Positions 30,701-45,200 of a DNA stretch of 64,000 bases are shown one piece after another. Position numbers and translations under genes: made by a program. The notes under the pieces were generated by a model. The model was not told the origin of the DNA, searched no databases, and saw nothing but the letters and a program-made list of their open reading frames with translations. Position 1 is the stretch's first letter; each line of letters opens with the position of its first letter. The DNA lies in assembly GCA_964016885.1 (NCBI GenBank), contig OZ024759.1, forward strand, positions 868,001 through 932,000. Reading direction: 5' to 3'. Origin of the DNA: Eledone cirrhosa. Taxonomy: Eukaryota.

Positions 30701-33700
30701 TCTATATTAGTAACATGACAAAGTCTATATTAGTAACATGACAAAGTATATATTAGTAGCATGACACAGTCTATATTAGTAACATGACAAAGTCTATATT
30801 AGTAACATGACACAGTCTATATTAGTAACATGACAAAGTCTATATTAGTAACATGACACAGTCTATATTAGTAACATGACAAAGTCTATATTAGTAACAT
30901 GACAAAGTATATATTAGTAGCATGACAAAGTCTATATTAGTAACATGACACAGTCTATATTAGTAACATGACATAGTCTATATTAGTAACATGACAAAGT
31001 CTATATTAGTAGCATGACACAGTCTAAATTAGTAACATGACACAGTCTATATTAGTAACATGACAGTCTATATTAGTAACATGACACAGTCTATATTAGT
31101 AACATGACAAAGTCTATATTAGTAGTATGACAAAGACTATATTAGTAACATGACAGTCTATATTAGTAACATGACAAAGTCTATATTAGTAGCATGACAA
31201 AGTCTATATTAGTAGCATGACACAGTCTATATTAGTAACATGACACAGTCTATATTAGTAACATGACACAGTCTATATTAGTAACATGACAAAGTCTATA
31301 TTAGTAGCATGACAAAGTCTATATTAGTAACATGACAAAGTCTATATTAGTAACATGACACAGTCTATATTAGTAACATGACAAAGTCTATATTAGTAAC
31401 ATGACAAAGTCTATATTAGTAACATGACAGTCTATATTAGTAACATGACAAAGTCTATATTAGTAACATGACAAAGTCTCTATTAGTAACATGACAAAGT
31501 CTATATTAGTAACATGACAGTCTATATTAGTAACATGACAAAGTCTCTATTAGTAACATGACAAAATCTATATTAGTAACATGACAGTCTATATTAGTAA
31601 CATGACAAAGTCTATATTAGTAACATGACAGTCTATATCGTACCATGACACAGTCTATATTAGTAACATGACATAGTCTATATTAGTAACATGACAAAGT
31701 CTATATTAGTAACATGACAGTCTATATTGTAACATGACACAGTCTATATTAGTAACATGACACAGTCTATATTAGTAACATGACAGTCTATATTAGTAAC
31801 ATGACACGGTCTATATTAGTAACATGACACAGTCTATATTAGTAACATGACAGTCTATATTAGTAGCATGGCAATGTCTATATTAGTAACATGACACAGT
31901 CTATATTAGTAACAAGACATAGTCTATATTAGTAACATGACATAGTCTATATTAGTAGCATGACAAAGTCTATATTAGTAACATGACAAAGTCTATATTA
32001 GTAACATGACACAGTCTATCTTAGTAACATGACAAAGTCTATATTAGTAACATGACACAGTCTATATTAGTAACATGACAAAGTCTATATTAGTAGCATG
32101 ACAAAGTCTATATTAGTAACATGACACAGTCTATATTAGTAACATGACAAAGTCTATATTAGTAACATGACAAAGTCTATATTAGTAACATGACAAAGTC
32201 TATATTAGTAACATGACTAAGTCTATATTAGTAACATGACACAGTCTATATTAGTAACATGACAGTCTATATTAGTAGCATGACAAAGTCTATATTAGTA
32301 ACATGACAAAGTCTATATTAGTAACATGACACAGTCTATATTAGTAACATGACACAGTCTATATTAGTAACATGACAGTCTATATTAGTAACATGACAAA
32401 GTCTATATTAGTAACATGGCAAAGTCTATGTTAGTAACATGACAAAGTCTATATTAGTAGCATGACAGTCTATATTAGTAACATGACACATTCTATATTA
32501 GTAACATGACAAAGTCTATATTAGTAGCATGACAAAGTCTATATTAGTAACATGACAGTCTATATTAGTAACATGCCAAAGTCTATATTAGTAGCATGAC
32601 AAAGTCTATATTAGTAACATGACAAAGTCTATATTAGTAGCATGACAAAGTCTATATTAGTAGCATGATACAGTCTATATTAGTAACATGACACAGTCTA
32701 TATTAGTAACATGACACATTCTATATTAGTAACATGACAAAGTCTATATTAGTAGCATAACAAAGTCTATATTAGTAACCTGACAAAGTCTATATTAGTA
32801 ACATGACACAGTCTATATTAGTAACATGACAAAGTCTATATTAGTAACATGACAGTCTATATTAGTAACATGACACAGTCTATATTAGTAACATGACAAA
32901 GTCTATATTAGTAACATGACACAGTCTATATTAGTAACATGACACAGTTTATATTAGTAACATGACAAAGTCTATATTATTAACATGGCAAAGTCTATAT
33001 TAGTAACATGGCAGTCTATATTAGTAACATGACAAAGTCTATATTAGTAACATGACACAGTCTATATTAGTAACATGACAAAGACTCTATTAGTAACATG
33101 ACAAAGTCTATATTAGTAACATGACAGTCTATATTAGTAACATGACAAAATCTATATTAGTAACATGACAGTCTATATTAGTAACATGACAAAGTCTATA
33201 TTAGTAACATGACAGTCTATATTAGTAACATGACACATTCTATATTAGTAACATGACAAAGTCTATATTAGTAGCATGACAAAGACTATATTAGTAACAT
33301 GACAGTCTATATTAGTAACATGCCAAAGTCTATATTAGTAGCATGACACAGTCTATATTAGTAACATGACACAGTCTATATTAGTAACATGACACAGTCT
33401 ATATTAGTAGCATGACAAAGTCTATATTAGTAACATGACAAAGTCTATATTAGTAACATGACACAGTCTATATTAGTAACATGACAAAGTCTATATTAGT
33501 AACATGACAAAGTCTATATTAGTAACATGACACAGTGTATATTAGTAATATGACACAGTCTATATTAGTAACATGACAAAGTCTATATTAGTAACATGAC
33601 AAAGTCTATATTAGTAACATGACACAGTCTATATTAGTAACATGACACAGTCTATATTAGTAACATGACACAGTCTATATTAGTAACATGACAAAGTCTA

Positions 33701-36260
33701 TATTAGTAACATGGCAAAGTCTATATTAGTAACATGACAAAGTCTATATTAGTAACATGACAAGGTCTATATTAGTAACATGACACAGTCTATATTAGTA
33801 ACATGACAAAGTCTATATTAGTAACATGACAGTCTATATTAGTAACATGCCAAAGTCTATATTAGTAGCATGACAAAGTCTATATTAGTAGCATGACACA
33901 GTCTATATTAGTAACATGACATAGTCTATATTAGTAACATGACACAGTCTATATTAGTAGCATGACAAAGTCTATATTAGTAACATGACAAAGTCTATAT
34001 TAGTAACATGAGAAAGTCTATATTAGTAACATGACACAGTCTATATTAGTAACATGACAAAGTCTATATTAGTAACATGACACAGTCTATATTAGTAACA
34101 TGACACAGTCTATATTAGTAACAGGACAAAGTCTATATTAGTAGCATGACAAAGTCTATATTAGTAACATGACAAAGTCTATATTAGTAACATGACACAG
34201 TCTATATTAGTAACATGACAAAGTCTATATTAGTAACATGACGGTCAATATTAGTAACATGACAGTCTATATTAGTAGCATGACAAAGTCTATATTAGTA
34301 ACATGACACAGTCTATATTAGTAACATGACACAGTCTATATTAGTAACATGACAAAGTCTATATTAGTAGCATGACAAAGTCTATATTAGTAACATGACA
34401 CAGTCTATATTAGTAACATGACAAAGTCTATATTAGTAGCATGACAAAGTCTATATTAGTAACATGACAAAGTCTATATTAGTAACATGACACAGTCTAT
34501 ATTAGTAATATGACAGTCTATATTAGTAACATGACAGTCCATATTAGTAGCATGACAAAGTCTATATTAGTAACATGACAAAGTCTATATTAGTAACATG
34601 ACACAGTCTATATTAGTAACATGACACAGTCTATATTAGTAACATCATATAGTCTATATTAGTAACATGACAAAGTCTATATTAGTAACATGGCAAAGTC
34701 TATATTAGTAACATGACAAAGTCTATATTAGTAACATGACAAGGCCTATATTAGTAACATGACACAGTCTATATTAGTAACATGACAAAGTCTATATTAG
34801 TAACATGACAGTCTATATTAGTAACATGACAAAGTCTATATTAGTAACATGACAGAGTCTATATTAGTAACATGACAGTCTATATTAGTAACATGACAAA
34901 GTCTATATTAGTAACATGACACAGTCTATATTAGTAACATGACACAGTCTATATTAGTAACATGACACAGTTTATATTAGTAACATGACAAAGTCTATAT
35001 TAGTAACATGACAAAGTCTATATTAGTAACATGGCAGTCTATATTAGTTACATGACAAAGTCTATATTAGTAACATGACACAGTCTATATTAGTAACATG
35101 ACAAAGACTCTATTAGTAACATGACAAAGTCTATATTAGTAACATGACAGTCTATATTAGTAACATGACAAAATCTATATTAGTAACATGACAGTCTATA
35201 TTAGTAACATGACAAAGTCTATATTAGTAACATGACAGTCTATATTGTACCATGACACAGTCTATATTAGTAACATGACATAGTCTATATTAGTAACATG
35301 ACAAAGTCTATATTAGTAACATGACAGTCTATATTGTAACATGACACAGTCTATATTAGTAACATGACACAGTCTATATTAGTAACATGACAGTCTATAT
35401 TAGTAACATGACAAAGTCTATATTAGTAACATGACAAAGTCTATATTAGTAACATGACAAAGTATATATTAGTAGCATGACACAGTCTATATTAGTAACA
35501 TGACAAAGTCTATATTAGTAACATGACACAGTCTATATTAGTAACATGACAAAGTCTATATTAGTAACATGACACAGTCTATATTAGTAACATGACAAAG
35601 TCTATATTAGTAACATGACAAAGTATATATTAGTAGCATGACAAAGTCTATATTAGTAACATGACACAGTCTATATTAGTAACATGACATAGTCTATATT
35701 AGTAACATGACAAAGTCTATATTAGTAGCATGACACAGTCTAAATTAGTAACATGACACAGTCTATATTAGTAACATGACAGTCTATATTAGTAACATGA
35801 CACAGTCTATATTAGTAACATGACAAAGTCTATATTAGTAGTATGACAAAGACTATATTAGTAACATGACAGTCTATATTAGTAACATGACAAAGTCTAT
35901 ATTAGTAGCATGATAAAGTCTATATTAGTAGCATGACACAGTCTATATTAGTAACATGACACAGTCTATATTAGTAACATGACACAGTCTATATTAGTAA
36001 CATGACAAAGTCTATATTAGTAGCATGACAAAGTCTATATTAGTAACATGACAAAGTCTATATTAGTAACATGACACAGTCTATATTAGTAACATGACAA
36101 AGTCTATATTAGTAACATGACAAAGTCTATATTAGTAACATGACAGTCTATATTAGTAACATGACAAAGTCTATATTAGTAACATGACAAAGTCTCTATT
36201 AGTAACATGACAAAGTCTATATTAGTAACATGACAGTCTATATAAGTAACATGACAAAGT
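27100..36260. repeat. Tandem block duplication, period ~4.5-4.7 kb, with internal monomer loss or gain
   Basis: AACCTGAC at 28318/32779 (4,461). CATGAGAAAG at 29291/34007 and CATCATATAG at 29927/34643 (4,716). The offset change of ~255 bp is about 11 monomers. Confidence 0.75.
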
Positions 36261-39200
36261 CTCTATTAGTAACATGACAAAGTCTATATTAGTAACATGA
36301 CAGTCTATATTAGTAACATGACAAAGTCTATATTAGTAACATGACAGTCTATATTGTAATATGACACAGTCTATATTAGTAACATGACACAGTTTATATT
36401 AGTAACATGACATAGTCTATATTAGTAACATGACAAAGTCTATATTAGTAACATGACAGTCTATATTGTAACATGACACAGTCTATATTAGTAACATGAC
36501 ACAGTCTATATTAGTAACATGACAGTCTATATTAGTAACATGACAAAGTCTATATTAGTAACATGACAAGGTCTATATTAGTAACATGACAAAGTCTATA
36601 TTAGTAACATGACAAAGTCTATATTAGTAACATGACAGTCTATATTGTAACATGACACAGTCTCTATTAGTAACATGACACAGTCTATATTAGTAACATG
36701 ACAGTCTATATTAGTAACATGACAAAGTCTATATTAGTAACATGACGGTCTATATTAGTAACATGACAGTCTATATTAGTAGCATGACAAAGTCTATATT
36801 AGTAACATGACACAGTCTATATTAGTAACATGACACAGTCTATATTAGTAACATGACACAGTCTATATTAGTAACATGACAAAGTCTATATTAGTAGCAT
36901 GACAAAGTCTATATTAGTAACATGACACAGTCTATATTAGTAACATGACACAGTCTATATTAGTAACATGACACAGTCTATATTAGTAACATGACAAAGT
37001 CTATATTAGTAACATGACACAGTCTATATTAGTAACATGACAAAGTCTATATTAGTAACATGACAGTCTATATTAGTAACATGACAGTCTATATTAGTAG
37101 CATGACAAAGTCTATATTAGTAACATGACAAAGTCTATATTAGTAACATGACACAGTCTATATTAGTAACATGACACAGTCTATATTAGTAACATGACAG
37201 TCTATATTAGTAGCATGACAAAGTCTATATTAGTAACATGACACAGTCTATATTAGTAACATGACAAAGTCTATATTAGTAACATGACAGTCTATATTAG
37301 TAACATGACACAGTCTATATTAGTAACATGACACAGTCTATATTAGTAACATGACAAAGTCTATATTAGTAACATGACAAAGTCTATATTAGTAACATGA
37401 CAGTCTATATTAGTAACATGACAAAGTCTATATTAGTAACATGACACAGTCTATATTAGTAACATGACAAAGTCTCTATTAATAACATGACAAAGTCTAT
37501 ATTAGTAACATGACAGTCTATATTAGTAACATGACAAAGTCTCTATTAGTAACATGGCAAAGTCTATATTAGTAACATGACAGTCTATATTAGTAACATG
37601 ACAAAGTCTATATTAGTAACATGACAGTCTATATTGTAACATGACACAGTCTATATTAGTAACATGACACAGTCTATATTAGTAACATGACAGTCTATAT
37701 TAGTAACATGACAAAGTCTATATTAGTAACATGACAAAGTCTATATTAGTAACATGACACAGTCTATATTAGTAGCATGACACAGTCTATATTAGTAACA
37801 TGACAAAGTCTATATTAGTAACATGACACAGTCTATATTAGTAACATGACAAAGTCTATATTAGTAACATGACACAGTCTATATTAGTAACATGACATAG
37901 TCTATATTAGTAACATGACAAAGTCTATATTAGTAACATGACAGTCTATATTAGTAACATGACAAAGTCTATATTAGTAGCATGACAAAGTCTATATTAG
38001 TAACATGACACAGTCTATATTAGTAACGTGACAATCTATATTAGTAACATGACACAGTCTATATTAGTAACATGACAAAGTCTATATTAGTAGCATGACA
38101 AAGTCTATATTAGTAACATGACAGTCTATATTAGTAGCATGACAAAGTCTATATTAGTTGCATGACAAGGTCTATATTAGTAGCATGACACAGTCTATAT
38201 TAGTAACATGACACAGTCTATATTAGTAACATGACAAAGTGTATATTAGTAACATGACACAGTGTATATTAGTAATATGACAGTCTATATTAGTAGCATG
38301 ACAAAGTCTATATTAGTAACATGACAAAGTCTATATTAGTAACATGACACAGTCTATATTAGTAACATGACACAGTCTATATTACTAACATGACACAGTC
38401 TATATTAGTAACATGACAAAGTCTATATTAGTAACATGGCAAAGTCTATATTAGAAACATGACAAAGTCTATATTAGTAACATGACAAGGTCTATATTAG
38501 TAACATGACACAGTCTATATTAGTAACATGACAAAGTCTATATTAGTAACATGACACAGTCTATATTAGTAACATGCCAAAGTCTATATTAGTAGCATGA
38601 CAAAGTCTATATTAGTAGCATGACACAGTCTATATTAGTAACATGACACAGTCTATATTAGTAACATGACACAGTCTATATTAGTAGCATGACAAAGTCT
38701 ATATTAGTAACATGACAAAGTCTATATTAGTAACATGAGAAAGTCTATATTAGTAACATGACACAGTCTATATTAGTAACATGACAAAGTCTATATTAGT
38801 AACATGACACAGTCTATATTAGTAACATGACACAGTCTATATTAGTAACATGACAAAGTCTATATTAGTAGCATGACCAAGTCTATATTAGTAACATGAC
38901 AAAGTCTATATTAGTAACATGACACAGTCTATATTAGTAACATGACAAAGTCTATATTAGTAACATGACGGTCTATATTAGTAACATGACAGTCTATATT
39001 AGTAGCATGACAAAGTCTATGTTAGTAACATGACACAGTCTATATTAGTAACATGACACAGTCTATATTAGTAACATGACACAGTCTATATTAGTAACAT
39101 GACAAAGTCTATATTAGTAGCATGACAAAGTCTATATTAGTAACATGACACAGTCTATATTAGTAACATGACACAGTCTATATTAGTAACATGACATAGT

Positions 39201-42200
39201 CTATATTAGTAACATGACAAAGTCTATATTAGTAACATGACAGTCTATATTGTAACATGACACAGTCTATATTAGTAACATGACACAGTCTATATTAGTA
39301 ACATGACAGTCTATATTAGTAACATGACAAAGTCTATATTAGTAACATGACAAGGTCTATATTAGTAACATGACAAAGTCTATATTAGTAACATGACAAA
39401 GTCTATATTAGTAACATGACAGTCTATATTGTAACATGACACAGTCTCTATTAGTAACATGACACAGTCTATATTAGTAACATGACAGTCTATATTAGTA
39501 ACATGACAAAGTCTATATTAGTAACATGACGGTCTATATTAGTAACATGACAGTCTATATTAGTAGCATGACAAAGTCTATATTAGTAACATGACACAGT
39601 CTATATTAGTAACATGACACAGTCTATATTAGTAACATGACACAGTCTATATTAGTAACATGACAAAGTCTATATTAGTAGCATGACAAAGTCTATATTA
39701 GTAACATGACACAGTCTATATTAGTAACATGACACAGTCTATATTAGTAACATGACACAGTCTATATTAGTAACATGACAAAGTCTATATTAGTAACATG
39801 ACACAGTCTATATTAGTAACATGACAAAGTCTATATTAGTAACATGACAGTCTATATTAGTAACATGACAGTCTATATTAGTAGCATGACAAAGTCTATA
39901 TTAGTAACATGACAAAGTCTATATTAGTAACATGACACAGTCTATATTAGTAACATGACACAGTCTATATTAGTAACATGACAGTCTATATTAGTAGCAT
40001 GACAAAGTCTATATTAGTAACATGACACAGTCTATATTAGTAACATGACAAAGTCTATATTAGTAACATGACAGTCTATATTAGTAACATGACACAGTCT
40101 ATATTAGTAACATGACACAGTCTATATTAGTAACATGACAAAGTCTATATTAGTAACATGACAAAGTCTATATTAGTAACATGACAGTCTATATTAGTAA
40201 CATGACAAAGTCTATATTAGTAACATGACACAGTCTATATTAGTAACATGACAAAGTCTCTATTAATAACATGACAAAGTCTATATTAGTAACATGACAG
40301 TCTATATTAGTAACATGACAAAGTCTCTATTAGTAACATGGCAAAGTCTATATTAGTAACATGACAGTCTATATTAGTAACATGACAAAGTCTATATTAG
40401 TAACATGACAGTCTATATTGTAACATGACACAGTCTATATTAGTAACATGACACAGTCTATATTAGTAACATGACAGTCTATATTAGTAACATGACAAAG
40501 TCTATATTAGTAACATGACAAAGTCTATATTAGTAACATGACACAGTCTATATTAGTAGCATGACACAGTCTATATTAGTAACATGACAAAGTCTATATT
40601 AGTAACATGACACAGTCTATATTAGTAACATGACAAAGTCTATATTAGTAACATGACACAGTCTATATTAGTAACATGACATAGTCTATATTAGTAACAT
40701 GACAAAGTCTATATTAGTAACATGACAGTCTATATTAGTAACATGACAAAGTCTATATTAGTAGCATGACAAAGTCTATATTAGTAACATGACACAGTCT
40801 ATATTAGTAACGTGACAATCTATATTAGTAACATGACACAGTCTATATTAGTAACATGACAAAGTCTATATTAGTAGCATGACAAAGTCTATATTAGTAA
40901 CATGACAGTCTATATTAGTAGCATGACAAAGTCTATATTAGTTGCATGACAAGGTCTATATTAGTAGCATGACACAGTCTATATTAGTAACATGACACAG
41001 TCTATATTAGTAACATGACAAAGTGTATATTAGTAACATGACACAGTGTATATTAGTAATATGACAGTCTATATTAGTAGCATGACAAAGTCTATATTAG
41101 TAACATGACAAAGTCTATATTAGTAACATGACACAGTCTATATTAGTAACATGACACAGTCTATATTAGTAACATGACACAGTCTATATTAGTAACATGA
41201 CAAAGTCTATATTAGTAACATGGCAAAGTCTATATTAGTAACATGACAAAGTCTATATTAGTAACATGACAAGGTCTATATTAGTAACATGACACAGTCT
41301 ATATTAGTAACATGACAAAGTCTATATTAGTAACATGACACAGTCTATATTAGTAACATGCCAAAGTCTATATTAGTAGCATGACAAAGTCTATATTAGT
41401 AGCATGACACAGTCTATATTAGTAACATGACACAGTCTATATTAGTAACATGACACAGTCTATATTAGTAGCATGACAAAGTCTATATTAGTAACATGAC
41501 AAAGTCTATATTAGTAACATGAGAAAGTCTATATTAGTAACATGACACAGTCTATATTAGTAACATGACAAAGTCTATATTAGTAACATGACACAGTCTA
41601 TATTAGTAACATGACACAGTCTATATTAGTAACATGACAAAGTCTATATTAGTAGCATGACCAAGTCTATATTAGTAACATGACAAAGTCTATATTAGTA
41701 ACATGACACAGTCTATATTAGTAACATGACAAAGTCTATATTAGTAACATGACGGTCTATATTAGTAACATGACAGTCTATATTAGTAGCATGACAAAGT
41801 CTATATTAGTAACATGACACAGTCTATATTAGTAACATGACACAGTCTATATTAGTAACATGACACAGTCTATATTAGTAACATGACAAAGTCTATATTA
41901 GTAGCATGACAAAGTCTATATTAGTAACATGACACAGTCTATATTAGTAACATGACACAGTCTATATTAGTAACATGACATAGTCTATATTAGTAACATG
42001 ACAAAGTCTATATTAGTAGCATGACACAGTCTAAATTAGTAACATGACACAGTCTATATTAGTAACATGACAGTCTATATTAGTAACATGACACAGTCTA
42101 TATTAGTAACATGACAAAGTCTATATTAGTAGTATGACAAAGTCTATATTAGTAACATGACAGTCTATATTAGTAACATGACAAAGTCTATATTAGTAGC

Positions 42201-45200
42201 ATGACAAAGTCTATATTAGTAGCATGATACAGTCTATATTAGTAACATGACACAGTCTATATTAGTAACATGACAGAGTCTATATTAGTAACATGACAAA
42301 GTCTATATTAGTAGCATAACAAAGTCTATATTAGTAACATGACAAAGTCTATATTAGTAACATGACACAGTCTATATTAGTAACATGACAAAGTCTATAT
42401 TAGTAACATGACAGTCTATATTAGTAACATGACACAGTCTATATTAGTAACATGACAAAGTCTATATTAGTAACATGACAGTCTATATTAGTAACATGAC
42501 ACAGTCTATATTAGTAACATGACAAAGTCTATATTAGTAACATGACACAGTCTATATTAGTAACATGACACAGTTTATATTAGTAACATGACAAAGTCTA
42601 TATTATTAACATGACAAAGTCTATATTAGTAACATGGCAGTCTATATTAGTAACATGACAAAGTCTATATTAGTAACATGACACAGCCTATATTAGTAAC
42701 ATGACAAAGACTCTATTAGTAACATGACAAAGTCTATATTAGTAACATGACAGTCTATATTAGTAACATGACAAAATCTATATTAGTAACATGACAGTCT
42801 ATATTAGTAACATGACAAAGTCTATATTAGTAACATGACAGTCTATATCGTACCATGACACAGTCTATATTAGTAACATGACATAGTCTATATTAGTAAC
42901 ATGACAAAGTCTATATTAGTAACATGACAGTCTATATTGTAACATGACACAGTCTATATTAGTAACATGATACAGTCTATATTAGTAACATGACAGTCTA
43001 TATTAGTAACATGACACGGTCTATATTAGTAACATGACACAGTCTATATTAGTAACATGACAGTCTATATTAGTAGCATGGCAATGTCTATATTAGTAAC
43101 ATGACACAGTCTATATTAGTAACAAGACATAGTCTATATTAGTAACATGACATAGTCTATATTAGTAGCATGACAAAGTCTATATTAGTAACATGACACA
43201 GTCTATCTTAGTAACATGACAAAGTCTATATTAGTAACATGACACAGTCTATATTAGTAACATGACAAAGTCTATATTAGTAGCATGACAAAGTCTATAT
43301 TAGTAACATGACACAGTCTATATTAGTAACATGACAAAGTCTATATTAGTAACATGACACAGTCTATATTAGTAACATGACAAAGTCTATATTAGTAACA
43401 TGACAGTCTATATTAGTAACATGACAGTCTATATTAGTAGCATGACAAAGTCTATATTAGTAACATGACAAAGTCTATATTAGTAACATGACACAGTCTA
43501 TATTAGTAACATGACACAGTCTATATTAGTAACATGACAGTCTATATTAGTAGCATGACAAAGTCTATATTAGTAACATGACACAGTCTATATTAGTAAC
43601 ATGACAAAGTCTATATTAGTAACATGACAGTCTATATTAGTAACATGACACAGTCTATATTAGTAACATGACACAGTCTATATTAGTAACATGACAAAGT
43701 CTATATTAGTAACATGACAAAGTCTATATTAGTAACATGACAGTCTATATTAGTAACATGACAAAGTCTATATTAGTAACATGACACAGTCTATATTAGT
43801 AACATGACAAAGTCTCTATTAATAACATGACAAAGTCTATATTAGTAACATGACAGTCTATATTAGTAACATGACAAAGTCTCTATTAGTAACATGGCAA
43901 AGTCTATATTAGTAACATGACAGTCTATATTAGTAACATGACAAAGTCTATATTAGTAACATGACAGTCTATATTGTAACATGACACAGTCTATATTAGT
44001 AACATGACACAGTCTATATTAGTAACATGACAGTCTATATTAGTAACATGACAAAGTCTATATTAGTAACATGACAAAGTCTATATTAGTAACATGACAC
44101 AGTCTATATTAGTAGCATGACACAGTCTATATTAGTAACATGACAAAGTCTATATTAGTAACATGACACAGTCTATATTAGTAACATGACAAAGTCTATA
44201 TTAGTAACATGACACAGTCTATATTAGTAACATGACATAGTCTATATTAGTAACATGACAAAGTCTATATTAGTAACATGACAGTCTATATTAGTAACAT
44301 GACAAAGTCTATATTAGTAGCATGACAAAGTCTATATTAGTAACATGACACAGTCTATATTAGTAACGTGACAATCTATATTAGTAACATGACACAGTCT
44401 ATATTAGTAACATGACAAAGTCTATATTAGTAGCATGACAAAGTCTATATTAGTAACATGACAGTCTATATTAGTAGCATGACAAAGTCTATATTAGTTG
44501 CATGACAAGGTCTATATTAGTAGCATGACACAGTCTATATTAGTAACATGACACAGTCTATATTAGTAACATGACAAAGTGTATATTAGTAACATGACAC
44601 AGTGTATATTAGTAATATGACAGTCTATATTAGTAGCATGACAAAGTCTATATTAGTAACATGACAAAGTCTATATTAGTAACATGACACAGTCTATATT
44701 AGTAACATGACACAGTCTATATTAGTAACATGACACAGTCTATATTAGTAACATGACAAAGTCTATATTAGTAACATGGCAAAGTCTATATTAGTAACAT
44801 GACAAAGTCTATATTAGTAACATGACAAGGTCTATATTAGTAACATGACACAGTCTATATTAGTAACATGACAAAGTCTATATTAGTAACATGACACAGT
44901 CTATATTAGTAACATGCCAAAGTCTATATTAGTAGCATGACAAAGTCTATATTAGTAGCATGACACAGTCTATATTAGTAACATGACACAGTCTATATTA
45001 GTAACATGACACAGTCTATATTAGTAGCATGACAAAGTCTATATTAGTAACATGACAAAGTCTATATTAGTAACATGAGAAAGTCTATATTAGTAACATG
45101 ACACAGTCTATATTAGTAACATGACAAAGTCTATATTAGTAACATGACACAGTCTATATTAGTAACATGACACAGTCTATATTAGTAACATGACAAAGTC

